This document shows positions 62,283-64,000 of a DNA stretch of 64,000 bases, in pieces. The stretch is taken from positions 7,812,001 to 7,876,000 of the forward strand of contig NW_024704761.1 of assembly GCF_018977255.1 (NCBI RefSeq). The letters run 5' to 3'. This stretch comes from Callorhinchus milii. Taxonomy: Eukaryota. The notes under the pieces were generated by a model. That model was not told the origin of the DNA. It worked only from the letters and a program-made list of their open reading frames with translations, and made no database searches. A program made the position numbers and the translations under genes. Positions within the stretch are counted from its first letter, which is position 1, and each line of letters opens with the position of its first letter.

Positions 62283-62848
62283 ATAACAAGTTACATTTGT
62301 ATTTCATGTCAGGAGGACGTCCCAATACGCTGGACAGTCATGGATCCACCCCCCAAGCTGGTGGTTGGGATCATAAGGGGTGGAGGGCGGGGAGGGTAAG
62401 AGTCAGAGCATGATTGAAGGAACGGTTGAAGAGGAGGGTTAGGAGGCAAAGGAGGTGGCAAGGCGGAGGGAGTGTGGGATGGAGTTACAGAAGGTGGGGG
62501 AGTTCCCATACAATCCATACATACCCATACAACACCTAAACCTTGGAACAGTCTTACTGCCAAGGAAGCAAAAGGTTTGACAAGAAGTTCTGATTTCAGT
62601 CTTTCTGCCCCCACTTTCTGTACCTCCATCCCGGAATCCCTCCGCCTCGGCCCCTCCCTTGTCTCTTTCAAGGCCCATCTCAAGCCCTTCCTTTTAACCG
62701 TGTCTTCAGTCATCTTCCCACCCTCATTGTCCTCCATCCCTCTCGATTCCGACCCCCAGCTCGGGGGCAAAACCTCCACTGCCCAGTGGCTTGGGATGTC
62801 TACCAGACATGAAAGGTGCTCTATGAATGCAATTTGTTGTTGTTTGTT
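62283..62848. mobile_element. Inverted (divergent) pair of L2 3' ends: - at 62283-62495, + at 62597-62848
   Basis: Both carry the CTCCATCCC..TCCCTCCGCCT.GC..CTCC segment, the 3' UTR and the tail stem-loop, in opposite orientation. Confidence 0.85.
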
Positions 62849-63149
62849 GTATTAATTCACCATATTATTGCAAAGCTCTCACACATCGGTTATTTCATGA
62901 TTATTGTGACATCTTTTTCATCCTGTTGGCACAGAACTATTTTGGGAATGGTGGATTTTGTGCCGTTAACGAACTCTTTGCAATTCTGCGCGATGATTTA
63001 CACACAATGTTATGGATTTCGCAAATGCGTAATAACTTGGCTCAGTTTGCAAATCAGGCAAAAAATATTTTTCAACGCAGCAAAAAACTGCGAGGAAATT
63101 GTATCTTAAAAATGAACTTTAAATACTGAATTCTGCAATGCAGTGTGAA

Positions 63150-63365
63150 AAGGCTCTCGTCTCTGGTCTGAAACGCTTCACAGAGGTTCTGTGAATTTTC
63201 AAGAATTTACAGAGGTCATGAAGTGAACTACCAATTTTATCTGGAAGATTGTTAGCCAGGACCACTGGGAGAAACTCCCTTCTCTTTTTGAATAGTGTCA
63301 TGGGATCTTTAACATCCGTGTGAACAAGCAGAAAGAGCCTCCGCTTAACGTTAGAAAGATGGCGG
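63150..63365 (-). mobile_element. Deu-type SINE fragment
   Basis: GCCAGGACCACTGGGAGAAACTCCCTTCTCTTTTTGAATAGTGTCATGGGATCTTTAACATCC. Confidence 0.85.
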
Positions 63366-64000
63366 TAATCGCCACAGAAATAGAAGCGCTCTTTTATCAC
63401 AAGGGCGGTGATAAAGGAATGGTTTGAATGAAGAAAGCCTTTGGACTTATCCTGGCAGGACACCTGTCAGCAGCAAAGCAGTTTGTTCAGTCGCCCCTTG
63501 GAAGGATTCCAGAAGAATCAATGCAGCAATTTGATTCTAGTCGTTCTACGAGGGCTGACATACAGCGTGTCAATGAATATTGGGCTGTCAGACCTGCCGA
63601 AGGAATCTTTTTTGAATAACGTAATTATCATTCCAATTCTGTAAAGCATAATTGTTCAAAACCATCTTGTGACCCCCCCCAAAAAAAAAACACCTTGCAA
63701 GCTTGAAAAAATAATCAAAAGTACAGCGTTGGAACAACCAGTGATTTGATGCAGGCAGCGAAGAATTCTTACTGAAACCCAGAACATTCAGCTCCATCCA
63801 GTCAGTCTTTCTAGGACTTGAAAATCGTCACACAGTTTCTGCGAGACTTTTTAAATGTGACTTTTCTCTCAAAAGCGTCCTTTATATCCCAATCATCTTC
63901 TCTTAAATAGCAAAGGATCTGCCAGTCACCACACTAGCAGTCATCCCAGTCACTGCACATGTGTGTCCCCTCCCCAGTCACTGCACTAAAATCCTCCCTC

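Noticed and set aside
1-64000. CRISPR array, operon or other prokaryotic/viral system
   Set aside because: No regularly spaced repeats, no gene-dense region and no long ORFs. The recurrent motifs are dispersed retroposon tails.

Overview
Eukaryotic, repeat-rich, almost entirely non-coding window. The repeat content suggests a cartilaginous fish, probably a holocephalan (inference): Deu-domain SINEs, a young tRNA-headed SINE, and L2 and CR1 LINE 3' ends. Only one protein-coding segment is supportable: a 102-bp, ATG-initiated, phase-0 exon on the minus strand (44052-43951, MLCSMANSGCILLSNSAMLPHTITCTPAFLYLQE|gtaagt). I recognise it from memory as an alternative N-terminal exon of RBFOX3 (Fox-1 family). 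The window is therefore most likely intronic sequence around an internal promoter of a very large gene, with the next coding exon outside the window. The remaining listed ORFs are chance ORFs or retroelement relics. Notable structures are a perfect 31-bp-arm fold-back palindrome, a nearby Penelope-like inverted element with a degenerate hammerhead-like core, modular SINE families sharing an L2-type tail, nested insertions, and a homeodomain/octamer-dense candidate enhancer. I found no evidence of a new multi-gene system. Repeat boundaries are approximate, and family names come from recalled consensus motifs, not database searches.
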